The position numbers and the translations under genes were made by a program. Below are positions 34,267 to 46,864 of a stretch of DNA of 64,000 nt, in pieces. Below the pieces are notes generated by a model. It worked only from the letters and a program-made list of their open reading frames with translations. It did no database searches and had not been told where the DNA came from. The stretch lies in IMG/VR virus record IMGVR_UViG_3300028048_000050, positions 83,494-147,493 of that record. One strand, written 5' to 3'. The DNA is from a virus. Lineage: Duplodnaviria; Heunggongvirae; Uroviricota; Caudoviricetes. Position 1 is the first letter of the stretch, and each line of letters starts with the position of its first letter.

Positions 34267-37200
34267 CAAATTTTAATAAAAGGTTTGAGGTATATTTAAA
34301 TACTCTCAGACAAAAAGGAAATCTAGTTTACGAATATAATCCATTATTTAATTATCAAACTGATACTGATTTGTTTATAATTTAGGATAAGTATATTGTT
34401 CCAGCATAGAAAGCTGTTAATCTTAAAAATGGAGAAATTCTTAATAAGAAAAACAATAAATGGATTGATAAAAGAGGTAGAGTAATTCCTAATGGAGAAA
34501 TTATTTAGGCAGAATCTGGAACTTTATGGGCTAAGGCTGGTTCATTAGTAGATCTAGATACAGATTAGTTAAACTTTGATTTAAATCATCCTGTTGATAT
34601 TGAAGTTTAGCCTTCTTATGATGGTTCTGTTAATCTTATTCTTAATGATGATAAAAACATACCTAGATTAATAAATTCCAGATTTTCTGTCAGAGAAAAA
34701 GATACCTATGAAATAGTAGATAGAATAGGTGAAAATGATACTAATATATATAATTCAAAGACATTTGATAAAGATACTTCATTATACTTTTAGTATGAGT
34801 ATAATCCTACTGTTAATTACATGGGATTTGTAAAAGGAGTATTACCTGTAGGTTAGTATTGTTTTTATTTTACATACTGTGATGCTGATGATAATGAGTC
34901 AGATATAGTAGCAGAAACTGGAGTAATTCCAGTATTTATTGGTAATGATTGTGATCCACGTTCAATGGATGGTGGAATTAAAAATCAAATTACTAATAAA
35001 GGAATTCAATTAAAACTTAGCAACATTGATAAATCTTATAATTATTTAAGAATATACTACGTTAGATATTTTGCTGACTATTAGTAGAATAGAGTGAGTG
35101 AATGTAAAAAGATTTCTAAAAGATTTCCTATAAATTCTAATGTTTTATATTTACAAGTAAGTGGATATGAACAAACTGAGGATATTGATCAAAATATATT
35201 AAATATTTCAAGATTTAATCCTAATAATATATTAACTCAAGCTCAATGTAAAAATATGTTATTCTTTGGTAACATAGTTAAAAATACTGATAATTATAGA
35301 GAATTATCTGACATAGCATTGAGAATTGTTCCTCAATTAAATGTTGTTAATAATTTTGATACACTTAATGAAACATATGGAGCAGAAACAGGTGATTTTG
35401 CTTACTATAATTCGTTAAATATATATAATAAAACAGGATATTTTAATCAAGAATACTATAGATTTGGAGTAGTATTTATATACGAAAATGGAACTCTTTC
35501 AAATGTTTATAATACTCTTGGAGGTGTATTGGATTCTGAAAATTCTTTAGGATTAAGTAAACCAGGATTTCCAGATGAAAGTGCAGATATTTATAATACT
35601 AGTGGAGCTTTTTTAACTCGTAATTATATTAAAGTAGATGATTTTGGATGGGTTAAAAGAGATGATTCTAATTATACTTTACAAGGAACTAACATTAATG
35701 CTAAAGGTGTTTGTTAGTTTAATTATACAAGTTCCTATACAGATAGTACGATATTCTCTGTAAAATTTAAAGTACCTGGAAAAATTACTAAATATCTTAG
35801 AGAAGATTTAGGAATTAGAGGAATGTTCTTTGTAAGACAAAAATGTATTCCTAATATTTTAGCTCAATGTTATTTATTAAGAATAGATGAAACTATTGAA
35901 GCTCCAGTATTAGAAACTGGTGCTGGTTCCCAAAAATCTAAGAATTATTTTACAGAATGTTTCATAGGAAATGACGGAATATTAAGACATGATTATACTT
36001 CTAGACTATATCAATATAAACATAAAAATGATGATGATATGGATAAGTCTTTAAGTTCTTACGCATTTGCTGGAATATGTCCTGATTTTTCTTTAAATTA
36101 GCCTTATTATAATTAGATATTTAATGGAGGTAAATTTAAACTTAAGAAAGTTAGTAAAAGTAATTCTGATTTAGTAAGAAAAGATAGATTCTTTAATGAA
36201 AAAATGGGAACTACTTATGATGATGCTTCTAATGGTTATAAGAAAGTAACTATATGCACTGTTACTGAAAATGTTGATACAGTAGCTATACAAGATAAAG
36301 TATTTAGATTAAATGTTGGTGCTACTGAAGAAGCTTTCAGATTTAAATATGCAGAGGTTGATAATGGCACATATAAAGCCGGTGAAGAAAATTATGAAAA
36401 AATTAATCATTCTTATAATCTAGTAAGAGGTACTTATTCTCCTTATTTAGCTATTTATAGTAATGCTGGGGAATTAGAAACTGGTTGTTTATACAATATA
36501 TATCAAGATTCTCCTATTAGTGAAACTAGTGAATTTCAAACTAGAATGAATTCTTCGGAACCTTTCTATGCTATTAGTGATAGATATAACATTTCTGACG
36601 AAGATACTGAATATGTATGTTGGAGAGGAGATTGTTACGTTAATCAATATACTCATAGAATGAGTAGAAACTTTAATGATCCTTCTTTACCAAATAATGA
36701 TGGTATTATCGATAATAGTACTTGGAGAGATCATTATGATGTAAGTAATTCTGAAGCATGGAAAGATATTTCGAGATCTGATGTAAATGCTGTACAAATA
36801 GGTAGTTGGATTACATTTAGAGTAAGAAGTTCTATGAACTATGCTTTACGTTCTACTGACCATTCTTATGTAGCAGAGGAGAACTTAATGGGTAGTGCTA
36901 GAAGTTTTTATCCTAGAAGTCAATTACTTTAGAGGGGTGAAAATAAATTACCAGATTCAGCATTATATAATGACGCTTATAGAGCTTCTTTAGGTTTTAA
37001 ATGTTATTTCGCTTTACAAGATATAAATTATATTAAAGATACATTCTCAAATAGAATATAGTATTCAGCTATAGCTATTCAAGATTCATTTAAAAATAAT
37101 TACAGAACTTCATTATCTACATACTTTAGAGATTATTCTCAAGAATATGGTTCTATTTAGAAATTAATAGGATTTGAAGGTTATATTCTTGTAATATTTG

Positions 37201-39353
37201 AACATGGTATTGGAGTTGCTGTAGTCAATGAAAGAGTTTTAGCTGGAAACAGTGATGGTGAACCTGTATTTATTAATACTCAAAATGTATTACCTGAAGA
37301 ATTAACTATTATAACAGATACTTATGGAACATAGTGGCCAGAATCTGTTGTTAAATCTGAGGCAGGATATGTTTACGGAGTAGATACAGTAGCCAAGAAA
37401 ATATGGAGAGTTAAAGGACAAGAAATTGAAATTCTTTCTGATTTTAAAGTAAATAAATTCTTAATTGATAATATTACTTTAGGTGAAAGAGAGTTATATC
37501 CAATTATAGGTCTCAAGAATGTTAAAACACATTATAATAATAATAAGAAAGACATTATGTTCACTTTCTATGATGATGTGTTTAAAGACGAAGAAAAAGC
37601 TTGGAATTTATGTTATAATGAATTACTTGGTTCATTTATAACATTCTATAGCTGGTTACCTTCATATTCAGCTAATATTGATACAAAGTTCTTTACATTT
37701 GATAGAGATACTTCAAAATAGCTTTCATTATTAGCTAAATGTAATTATTCTATACCAGAGAATACTGGAGTTCTTGTAGATAATCCAATGATTACTAATT
37801 TAAATTCATTACCACAATTATATTATGTAACTAAGACTAAATCCTTCAATGTTTCTTATACTGTAATGAATCAAGATGGAACAACAAGTACAAAAACGGC
37901 TACTTGTGAAAGTTTTGATAATGGAAATGGATAGTATATATTTAATCAAGTATCTTTTACTTTAGAAAAGGATCATTGGGGAAATTATGAATTATTTAGT
38001 ATACACGGTAATTAGTTAAGAGCAGAAGTTTCAAATGAAGTGTTATTAGAGAAATTTAATAAACATAAAGTAATATTGTTATATGTTACTCCTTCTATTG
38101 TTACATTAAATAGTATTACTTCTGAAACAACAGCTTCTTCAAATATGTCTACAGAAGTTATTGCTTTAACTTTATCTTCTATTGTTGAAAATCCTTTATT
38201 AACAAGTGATGAAAAGAACAGATCAGGATTAACTACAGATTTCTATTTACATGGACAAGCTGGAATATTTGATGTAGCTGAAAACTTATATCCAACTTAT
38301 TGGTATGGACAATATCATCCATTTGAATTTGAGTTTGTAGTAAATGATAATATAGGACGATAGAAAATATTTAATAACTTAGTAATAATTTCTAATAAAG
38401 CTGAACCAGAATCATTCCACTTTGAAATTGAAGGCGATAATTATGATTTCTCTATGGATAAACGTACAATGTACTTTAGACAAGAAGCTACAAAGGAATT
38501 ATTCTAGAATATGGGTTCTGATATGTTATTTGATAGATATTATACTGACATAGTAGCTGATAAATATACTAATGAACAATATTATAGAGGTAATCCTAAA
38601 CGTCAAAATGGAGTAAGATTAACTGATTCTCATCAGTATACTGATCAATACTCTAAATTTGATAGAGTATATCCAGTGGAAAGTCAAAGTCTAGTTCAAC
38701 AATAGAAGTCTACAATATTCCCACTATACTATGAAAGAATTGATACTTATAATGAAATTTATCATATGTATAGAGAAATGTTAGATGGAGTAACTACTAA
38801 TTATGACTTTAAAAATTTATCAGGTTCTGAAATTAAGTGGTATAGAGATTTAAATCAATTTAATATAATAACACATATTAAAAATAATCCTATAGACAGA
38901 GTAGGAAGAATAAGAGGTAATTCTAGATATAAAGAAGGAAGATGGAATATTCAAATACCTTCTATTACATTTAGTCAAAGTAATGAAGAAGATTGGGCTA
39001 TTGCTTATGCTAAAAATAGATTTAGAGTAGACCATTCTGAACTTGACTCAGATGATATACTTGGACATGATTGGGAAGACTATTTACCAAGTAATGGTTA
39101 GTTAGTATTACCACCAATTGTAATTAATTCAAGTAATGTTCCAAATGATTTGAGTACTTCAATAGTAAGTTCTGATATAGTTCCTAATATTTATACAAAT
39201 TATGGATATGCAGGAGTAAATGTTGGAGGTTGGACTTATAGAAAAGAAACTAGAATTAGAGATAAATGGATAAAGATTAGAGTTAGATATAGTGGAAAGA
39301 ACTTGGCTGTTATACACAGTCTAGCAACTTTATATAATATAAGTTATAGTTAA
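34263..39353 (+). CDS. large tail muzzle/stabilisation protein, 1696 aa
   Basis: ATGA overlap. 'GNLVYEYNP', 'EYYRFGVVFIY', 'RDYSQEYGSIQKL', 'YGVDTVAKKIWRV' and 'RIRDKWIKIRVRYSG'. Seven ORF-track fragments share this frame. Confidence 0.85.
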
Positions 39354-39355
39354 TT

Positions 39356-40870
39356 ATGTCAGTAAAATTTACATTTCCAGAACTTAAAGTTTAGACTCCG
39401 GTAGTTACAAGTCAATCCACATGGCCAGAAAATACAACTTGGCAAGAAATATTATCTAATTAGACCAATTAGGAATATCCTAAACAATAGCCTAAAATTA
39501 ATTGGCAAGGTCTTAAAGGTTCTTTAAGTAATTCTATAGTAAATACTCCAACAACAAAGTAGGGAGCTATGAAAAATGTTTGGAACAATGTTAGAAATAA
39601 TGTTGCTTCAAAATTAAATCCTAACTAGACCTCATTTACAGATCAAATGTCAGCAGCAGGAATTAATGCTGTTGGTTCAACGCTATCAGATTTGGCTGCA
39701 GATGGAATATTTGGTGATTCTGAATTTGGTAGAGGAATAGGTACAGTATTTAGTCAAGGAGTAACTACTGCTACTGATACAATGGCTAATAACATTATTA
39801 AAGGTACCTCTTTAACTCAAGGATTAGGTAAAAATGTTGGTTCTTCTGTAGCAGGTGCTGGAGCAGGATTAGCTGCTAATTATGTTGGTAAAGGAATTAC
39901 TGCTGCTTTAGGTGATTCTAAATTAGCTAGAGGTATTGGTCAAGGAGTTGCTACTGGATTAGGTGCTGTAGGTGGACAAGCTTTAGGAAATTTAATTAAG
40001 ACTGGAACTGCTTCTAATACTCTTACTGATTCTATAAAAGCTATTAAAGCATATAAAGCTATTAAAGGAGCAAAAGATGTTTCTGATGCGGCTAAAACAG
40101 CAGCAAAAGCTGCTAAAATGGCTGGAGTAGCTAATTTAGCAGGTTTAGGAATGACTGTAGCAGGTACTGCATTAGGAGCAGCTATGGGACCTTCTAAAGA
40201 ATATGGTGGTAAATATGGAAATATTACTTAGATTGCGGATACAGCTTATGATGCTATAACTGCTGGAGTTAATTTTATTCCAGGTGTTGGTCAAGTAATC
40301 TCTGGAGCACTTGCTTTAAATAAAGGACTTTCTAATTTATTTGGTTCTACAGATGGAATGACTGTTCAAGATGCTATACTTGGTTCTGCTTTTATGCCTG
40401 CTCCTGTTAAATGGTTAAATATGTGGGGAGCCTCTAAAACAGGAACTTTTGATAATCAATCTTGGCAAAACTCCGAAAAAACTAAATCCTTTATGGGAAA
40501 CGCTTTTGGTAATTTGCAAGGTAAATTTGATTAGGCTAGAGAAGAGGCTGGAAAAACTTATGGTACATTTAGTTAGGGAGCTCGTCGTGAAGCTTAGAGT
40601 AATATAAACTTTGCTAATAGAGCTTGGGATTAGGTATTAGCTATGGCAGATTAGAATGAATTACAAAATATTAGAAGTCAAGCAATGTCTTCTATAAATA
40701 ATTAGAGATACGCTCAAGATATTCAAGGGGGCTGGTCTCCAGTAGCTAGAGGTAAATACGGAATGAAGATACTTAATAATGCAACTAACCATAATATAGG
40801 AATGAGACTATTATCTGGTGCAGCATTAATTGATAATAAACAAATGATATTATGTAGCGTAGTAGATTAA
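39356..40870 (+). CDS. Gly/Ala-rich cargo (ejection)-like protein with hydrophobic segments, 504 aa
   Basis: Includes ORF 39647..40231. Long GA-rich amphipathic/hydrophobic helices. 'RGKYGMKI' near the C-terminus. Confidence 0.8.
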
Positions 40871-41706
40871 AAAATATAATTAATAAATCAAAAGAAATCT
40901 CCAACAAATCAAAAGTTGTTGGAGATCCTTTTGATGAATTTAAAAAATCTCTTCCTAAGGAGTTAGAAATAGATGATAATTATCGTTTAGAAGCTGCATG
41001 GAAAGCTTACGGTTCTCCTAAAGATTATAAACACGCTTTATGGGAAGGATTAATTCAACCTATTGATGAAACTAATTTTAAACTTCCATCTATAGGATAT
41101 AATGAAGATACTGATGAGTATGAGTATCTTAATAAGGGTGAAGATAACGAAACTGTAGCAAAAGATATTAGGGTATGGGATAATGATGTTATTCCATTTG
41201 TTAAAGAATTAAAGTATGGTGGATATATTAGAAAATTTAATAAAGAAAAAGATTGCTGGACATATACTAAAAATTCACAAAAAGAAGATACCTTGGACTA
41301 GGAACAAGTCAACATTTAGAAGGAACCGAGTGGAATAGAATCTATAAACGAAAATAATAATGTAGAAGCCTTTAAACAAGGAGGACAAATGAATGTTATC
41401 CCAGAGGGTGCCCTTCATGCTCGTAAAAATAATATGGAAGGTGCTGGAGAAGATTTTACTGCTAAAGGTATTCCTGTAATTGATAAAGAAGGAGAGCAAC
41501 AAGCTGAAATTGAACGTGACGAAATAATCTTTAGAAAACAAGTTACTGATAAGATGGAAGAGTTATATAAGAAATATAATTCTGAAGAATCTTCTTCTAA
41601 GAAAGATGAAATAGCTATTGAAATGGGTAAAATAATTACTTTGGAAATAGTTAAGCATACAGATGATAGAACTGGTTTAATTGATAAAATTTAGGAACAA
41701 CTATGA
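40852..41706 (+). CDS. conserved internal-protein-like gene (KQGGQMNVIPEGALHARKN), 284 aa
   Basis: The only ATG in the frame after TGA 40831 is ATG TAG at 40852. The frame stays open through ORF 41389..41694 to TGA 41704-41706. Confidence 0.7.
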
Positions 41707-42920
41707 AGCCAGATAAAATTAGAATAAACAAATGTGCTCCATCAAATGATGGAAACGTAGGAAACGCTATTTTATGTCTAAGTAGACGTATTAGTGGTTT
41801 TGCTAAGGAATTAAGTAGAATTTAGCAAGAACTAGAAAATTTAGTTTAGACTGAAACTCAGCTTCGTTAGGAACAACTTACTTAGGAATAGAATAGAGCA
41901 ACAGAAAAAGAAAATTCTTTAGAAGAAAATATATCTTAGATTAATGAAAATATTCAACAGACTAACGAAGATAATTCAGAAGCTTTTTAGTCAGTTACAG
42001 ATTTTATCAATTAGGAAACTCAAAATAGAGAAAACGCTATTCAATAGCAAGAATAGAGAGCTATAGAAGCTGAAAATAATTTAGCTGATTTAATTACTCA
42101 AGAAAGTACTAGAGCTTTACAAGCCGAAGAAATTCTTCAAAGAGCTATTTAGTATGAAGAAAATAGAGCTAGAAGTGTTGAAAGAGGTTTAAGAAATTCT
42201 TTAGATTTCTTAAGTAACGAAGAAAAGGAACGTGCTCAAGGAGCAGAACAAACTCTTACTGATAAAATTGATCAAGATGTTTTTGTTGAAAAAACACGTG
42301 CTGAAAATGCTGAACAAGTTCTCTGGGATAAAATTGTTGTTGATGTTTTAGAAGAACAAAATAGAGCTAAAGCAGCTGAACAAGCTAATACTGATGATAT
42401 ATCAGCTATTGAAGATAAGATTCCTGGAGCAGCATCTCGAGATAATCAATTAGCAGATAAAAGGTTTGTAAATAATTCTATAGCTACAGCTACAGCTACT
42501 TTTCATGGTACTAAAAATCTTATAGATGATTTGTCTTTAACTACTGAAGCTGTTCATGCTGATATAGGAGCAGCTTTAGCAACATTATTTACTGATGAAG
42601 ATGTTGATAACAACGATTATTGTTTCGTTTAGATTCCAACATCTAATGCTAATTCATCTGAAATAGCTGTTACTGAAAAGTATAAATTTAATGGGACTCA
42701 ATGGCATTTTGAGTATGATTTAAATACATCAGGATTTAATACTGCTCAATGGGATGCACTTAATTCTGGAATAACTGACTAGGTTATTGCAGGAATATTA
42801 GACAGAATTTCTGCATTAGAAACTGCTATGGGAGGAATGAAGATAGTTAAGATAACACCACAAGCTTATAGCGAATTACAAGAAAAAGATTCTAACACAT
42901 TATACGTATTAAATGAATAA
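41703..42920 (+). CDS. coiled-coil tail-fibre shaft protein, 405 aa
   Basis: Repeated 'E..RA..AE..L' heptads, 'NQLADKRFVNNSIATATATF', and C-terminal 'ITPQAYSELQEKDSNTLYVL'. Confidence 0.8.
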
Positions 42921-42922
42921 TT

Positions 42923-44782
42923 ATGGTAATAAGAAGTAATTTTAGATTAGGTAATAAGTTCTTATAGCATATAAATTTGGGTATAAATACTGGTATATTT
43001 ATTTACTTAGAAAATACTAAAATGTATCCATTAACTAAATCTATTACTCCAGCAACCATAGTTTGTAATTCCTTAGTATATACAGGAAGTAATCAGACTG
43101 CTTAGATTACTTCTGTAACATTAGACGGAGACACATTAATAGAGGGTACTGATTATATTATTTCGACTAATAATGGTGGCATTGATGTTGGAACATATAA
43201 TGTAACTATTCAAGGTATAGGGGATTATGTAGATACCTCTACAAGTACTTTTGATATAACTCCTGCAGTCGGTAATGCTAGTGTTTCTGGAGTATCATTA
43301 ACATATAATGGATAGTCAAGAGATTTAATTACTGTAAATAATAATACCGGTACAATGCATTATAGAGTTGGAACAGATGGTACTTGGAGTACTACTATTC
43401 CTACTGCTACTGATACAGGTTCTTGGACTATATATTATTATATGGATGCTAGTTTAAATTATACTGCTAAAGGAAGTAGTTCAAGTCCTTGGGGAAGTGT
43501 TTCTTCATCTATTGAAAAAGCTGATTAGGAAGCTCCAACCGCATACGGTTCTACTGTAACTTACGGTTCTACTGCTAATGCAGCTTTTAGTGGCGGTGGA
43601 GGACACGGATCAATAGAATGGTCAAATGGTAATTCTAGATCCGCATTAGGTTCTCAAATTACCTCTGTAAGATGGACTGGAGACAGTAATTATAATGAAT
43701 CTCAATGGTCTAATGCTGTTACACTTACAGTTAATAAGATAAGTCAATCTGCACCTAATGTTTCTGGTTCAACAACTACTTATCCTACTACTGCTACTGC
43801 TTCCGCATCAGGTGGTGGAGGACAAGGTTCTATTGAATGGGAGAGCGCTCAATCACAAACATCTGTAGGTTCTCATATAACTAGAGCACGTTGGTCTGGA
43901 AATGCAATTTACAATGCTTCACCTTGGTCTGGTTATGTAACAGTATAGATGAACAAAGCTGATCAGTCGGCTCCTACCGCCTATGGTGCTACTGTAGATT
44001 ATGGTTATACAGCCTCAGCATCGGCAAGTGGCGGTGGTGGACAAGGTTCAATAGAATGGTCAAATGGTAATTCTAGATCAGCAATGGGTTCGTAGACAAC
44101 TTATGCTAGATGGAGTGGTAATGGAAATTATAACCCTTCTCCATGGTCCAACGCTGCTACATTAACTGTTAGTAAGGCTAATCAATCAGCTCCTACTGCT
44201 ACAGGTTCTAGTGTATCGGAAGGTAGTACAGCAACAGCCTCAGCAAGTGGAGGAGGAGGTCATGGATCAATTGAATGGAGTAATGGCAATACAAGAACTG
44301 CTGTTGGATCACAAACAACTAGAGCACGTTGGAGTGGTGATGATTATTATAATGCTTCTGATTGGTCAAATGAAGTAACATTAACAGTTACATAGTCTTC
44401 AACTCCAGATGATCCAGATCCAGAACCAGATTCTTACTATGTTGTTGTAGCAGTTACTAATAATACAGGAAAAACAAGTCCTGCTGTATCTGCTTTAGCA
44501 TCTGATGGAACATATCTAGTACAATTATGTGGAAGACAAAATGGTAACTTTACAACAACACCTACAGTAGTAAGTAGTGGAACAGTAAGAAAAATAAACG
44601 TAAATGAAAATGGAGGTTATATAGGATATATTACCATAACATTTAGAGGTAATACAATTATGGCTAAATAGTATATAGGAATGTAGTCAAATATAACCAA
44701 TATATCTCTTACTAGAACATTTGAACTGGAAGATGCTAAGGATGGATCTAATACGATTTATATAACCTTTGAAGATTCTTAA
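42923..44782 (+). CDS. Ig-like repeat adhesin/fibre-tip protein, 619 aa
   Basis: MBG/Ig-like 'LIEGTDYII....IDVGTYNVTIQGIGDY' domain, then four 73-aa tandem repeats. TAA 44780-44782. Confidence 0.8.
43514..44390 (+). repeat. 4 x 219-nt (73-aa) degenerate tandem repeat
   Basis: Units start at 43514, 43733, 43952 and 44171. Consensus 'K..Q.APTA.G.T..Y..TA.A.ASGGGG.GSIEWSNG..R.A.GSQTT.ARW.G..NY..S.WSN.VTLTV'. Confidence 0.9.
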
Positions 44783-44799
44783 TATTAAATTATACGAAT

Positions 44800-45402
44800 A
44801 TGGAAGCAAGAAAATCAAAAAATATAGGAACTATTAAATTAGGTGGACAAGAATATGATATATTTATAGCAAAATCTGAAGCTGCTAAATAGCAAGGATT
44901 ACAACATTTTAAATCTTTACCTAAAGATGAAGGAATGTTATTTGTTATAAATGAATCTTCTCCAGTTGAAACATTCTTTCATATGCACAATGTTCCATTT
45001 CCTCTTGATATGATTTTTCTTGATGATGAATTTAAGGTATTAGACGTTAAAAGAGGTAATCCCGAAGATGATAAAATCGAAGGGATTGCTTCATACGTCT
45101 TAGAAGTAAATGCTGATTCAGGAATTAAAGTAGGAGATGAAGCTGATTTGGAAGATGACGATGAAGATTATGTTATGAAAGTTCTTGGACCAGATGGAGA
45201 AGCTTAGATGCTATTAGAAGGTGGAGAACGTATTGTATCACGTAGAGAAACTAAAATTCTTATAAAGAAAGCATTAAAAGCTGCTGAATCTAAAGAAGAT
45301 AAAGATTATAAAGCGTTGGGTAAATACATATTTAAAGTATTAAAAGGACAAAATGAACGTCCTGCTGAATATGTAGATGCTCCAGAAAATAAGGAGGAAT
45401 AA
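44800..45402 (+). CDS. DUF192-family domain fused to a C-terminal phage domain, 200 aa
   Basis: 'GLQHFKSLPKDEGMLFV...MHNVPFPLDMIFLD...VLEVNADSGIKVGD'. ORFs 44935 and 45208 joined by a TAG. Confidence 0.8.
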
Positions 45403-45405
45403 TTT

Positions 45406-46134
45406 ATGGCATAGTTATATAATCCAATAACAGATGCTTTTACTTATTACAATCCAATAGAAGTTTCTAATAATAAATCATTAAAAATAAATGATTCTTT
45501 ATTTGGAGAACAAGAATTCTCTGATAAATTTAGTGGAATAACTAGTGATGGAATTCCTATAGCTAATTCTAATATTCCAGAAGAAAAAGAAGAAGTTTTT
45601 GGTAAAGATATTTAGGATAGAATGGCTTCCACTCATGCAGAAAATCCCGTAACTTTTAATAATTCTGGAAAAGCTAGTAAAATTTCTTTGAAAGGTTCAG
45701 AAAACCTTAGTAAAGTAATTGATGAAGTATCCAATGAAGCAGGTTTTGAAAAATTAAAAGACCCCAATATAAAAAAATTAATATTATTATAGGCTAAAAG
45801 AGAATCTTCATTTAATCCTACTATCCAAAGTAGATCTTCTAGTGCTAGTGGTTATTTCCAATTTATAGATAGTACTAGAAAAAGATATAGTAACTATTCT
45901 AAGTAGGATTTCTTAAAAGATTAGAAAGAACAAGTTAGAGCTGCTTATAAGTATTTATAGGATATACATAATACACCAAGCGCTTTAAAATTAAAATAGC
46001 AAGGATATAACGATGCTGTTATAACTGCTTTAGGTTGGTGGTATCCTAGATCAATGGACATGGTTTTATAGGGTAAAAAAGATTTTTCTTTAGGAGGATA
46101 TAGTATTAAAAAAGCACTAGAAGATTATGGATAA
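45406..46134 (+). CDS. lytic transglycosylase (SLT/lysozyme-like) protein, 242 aa
   Basis: 'LILLQAKRESSFNPTIQSRSSSASGYFQFIDSTRKRY' contains the catalytic Glu (ES) and the GxFQF motif. TAG at codon 3. Confidence 0.8.
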
Positions 46135-46360
46135 ATTTAATTGGAAAACAATATTTTAGGCTCATAGTGGAGGATTTTCTAGTAAGAGAGTATTTGGAGC
46201 ATTAGGAATGTTAATTTGTTTAGGTATATTAGTAGCTGCTTTTATAATGGAGCGTTCTATACCAGATTTCGCTGAATTAGTATACGTTACTAGTGCTTCA
46301 TTATTAGGTTTAGATAATGTTACAGATATTTTTAAAAAGAATGTTAATAAATCTAATTAA
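46127..46360 (+). CDS. putative holin, 77 aa
   Basis: 'GGFSSKRVFGALGMLICLGILVAAFI...LVYVTSASLLGL' gives two TM helices and a basic C-terminus. It overlaps the SLT gene. TAG at codon 11. Confidence 0.7.
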
Positions 46361-46463
46361 AATTTGATTAATTAGTAATAAGTAATATTTTTAACTAAAA
46401 GATATTTCAGAATCGCTCTGTTGAGCGTCTTATATATATAACCAATTTAAAATAACGTTATTT

Positions 46464-46787
46464 ATGAAAATTTAGAGTAACAACAAAGAATTAAACGAAA
46501 TGATTCGTAAGTTCCAAGAGGGTGGAGAAATGGCTCCACCACCTGCAGCAGCTCCAGCAGAAGCTGCACCAGCAGAAGCAGCTCCAGAAGGTGGAGATCC
46601 TACTGCTTAGATATTAGAAGCTGCAATGGCTGCTTTACAAAATCAAGATTGTAATTTAGCAATGCAAGTTCTTCAAGCATTAGTACAGATGTTAGGTGGA
46701 GGAGCTCCTGAAGGTCCTGCCGCTCCAGAAGGTCAAGCACCAGTATTTAGAAAAGGTGGTAAACTTGCTGGATGGATTAAAAAGTAA
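46464..46787 (+). CDS. small Ala/Pro-rich internal protein (KFQEGG...RKGGK), 107 aa
   Basis: ATG AAA ATT TAG..., high-expression codon bias, 'QDCNLAMQV', followed by its own terminator. Confidence 0.8.
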
Positions 46788-46802
46788 TCATTAACTTGAA
46801 TT

Positions 46803-46845
46803 AAAGGGTGATGCGGGCACGATATCCGTGTCACCCTTTTATTAT
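46803..46845 (+). terminator. rho-independent terminator
   Basis: aaagggtga-tgcgg...ccgtg-tcacccttt GC-rich stem plus T-run. Confidence 0.85.
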
Positions 46846-46864
46846 TTAAAATACATTAAATATT

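Noticed and set aside
22873-39353. Group I introns or inteins in capsid/tail genes
   Set aside because: The reading frames are continuous once TAG is read as Gln. No intein terminal motifs or frame breaks were noticed. The GIY-YIG gene is intergenic.
43514-44390. CRISPR array or non-coding repeat
   Set aside because: The units are 219 nt, degenerate at third codon positions and in frame, so they are protein domain repeats with no repeat-spacer structure.
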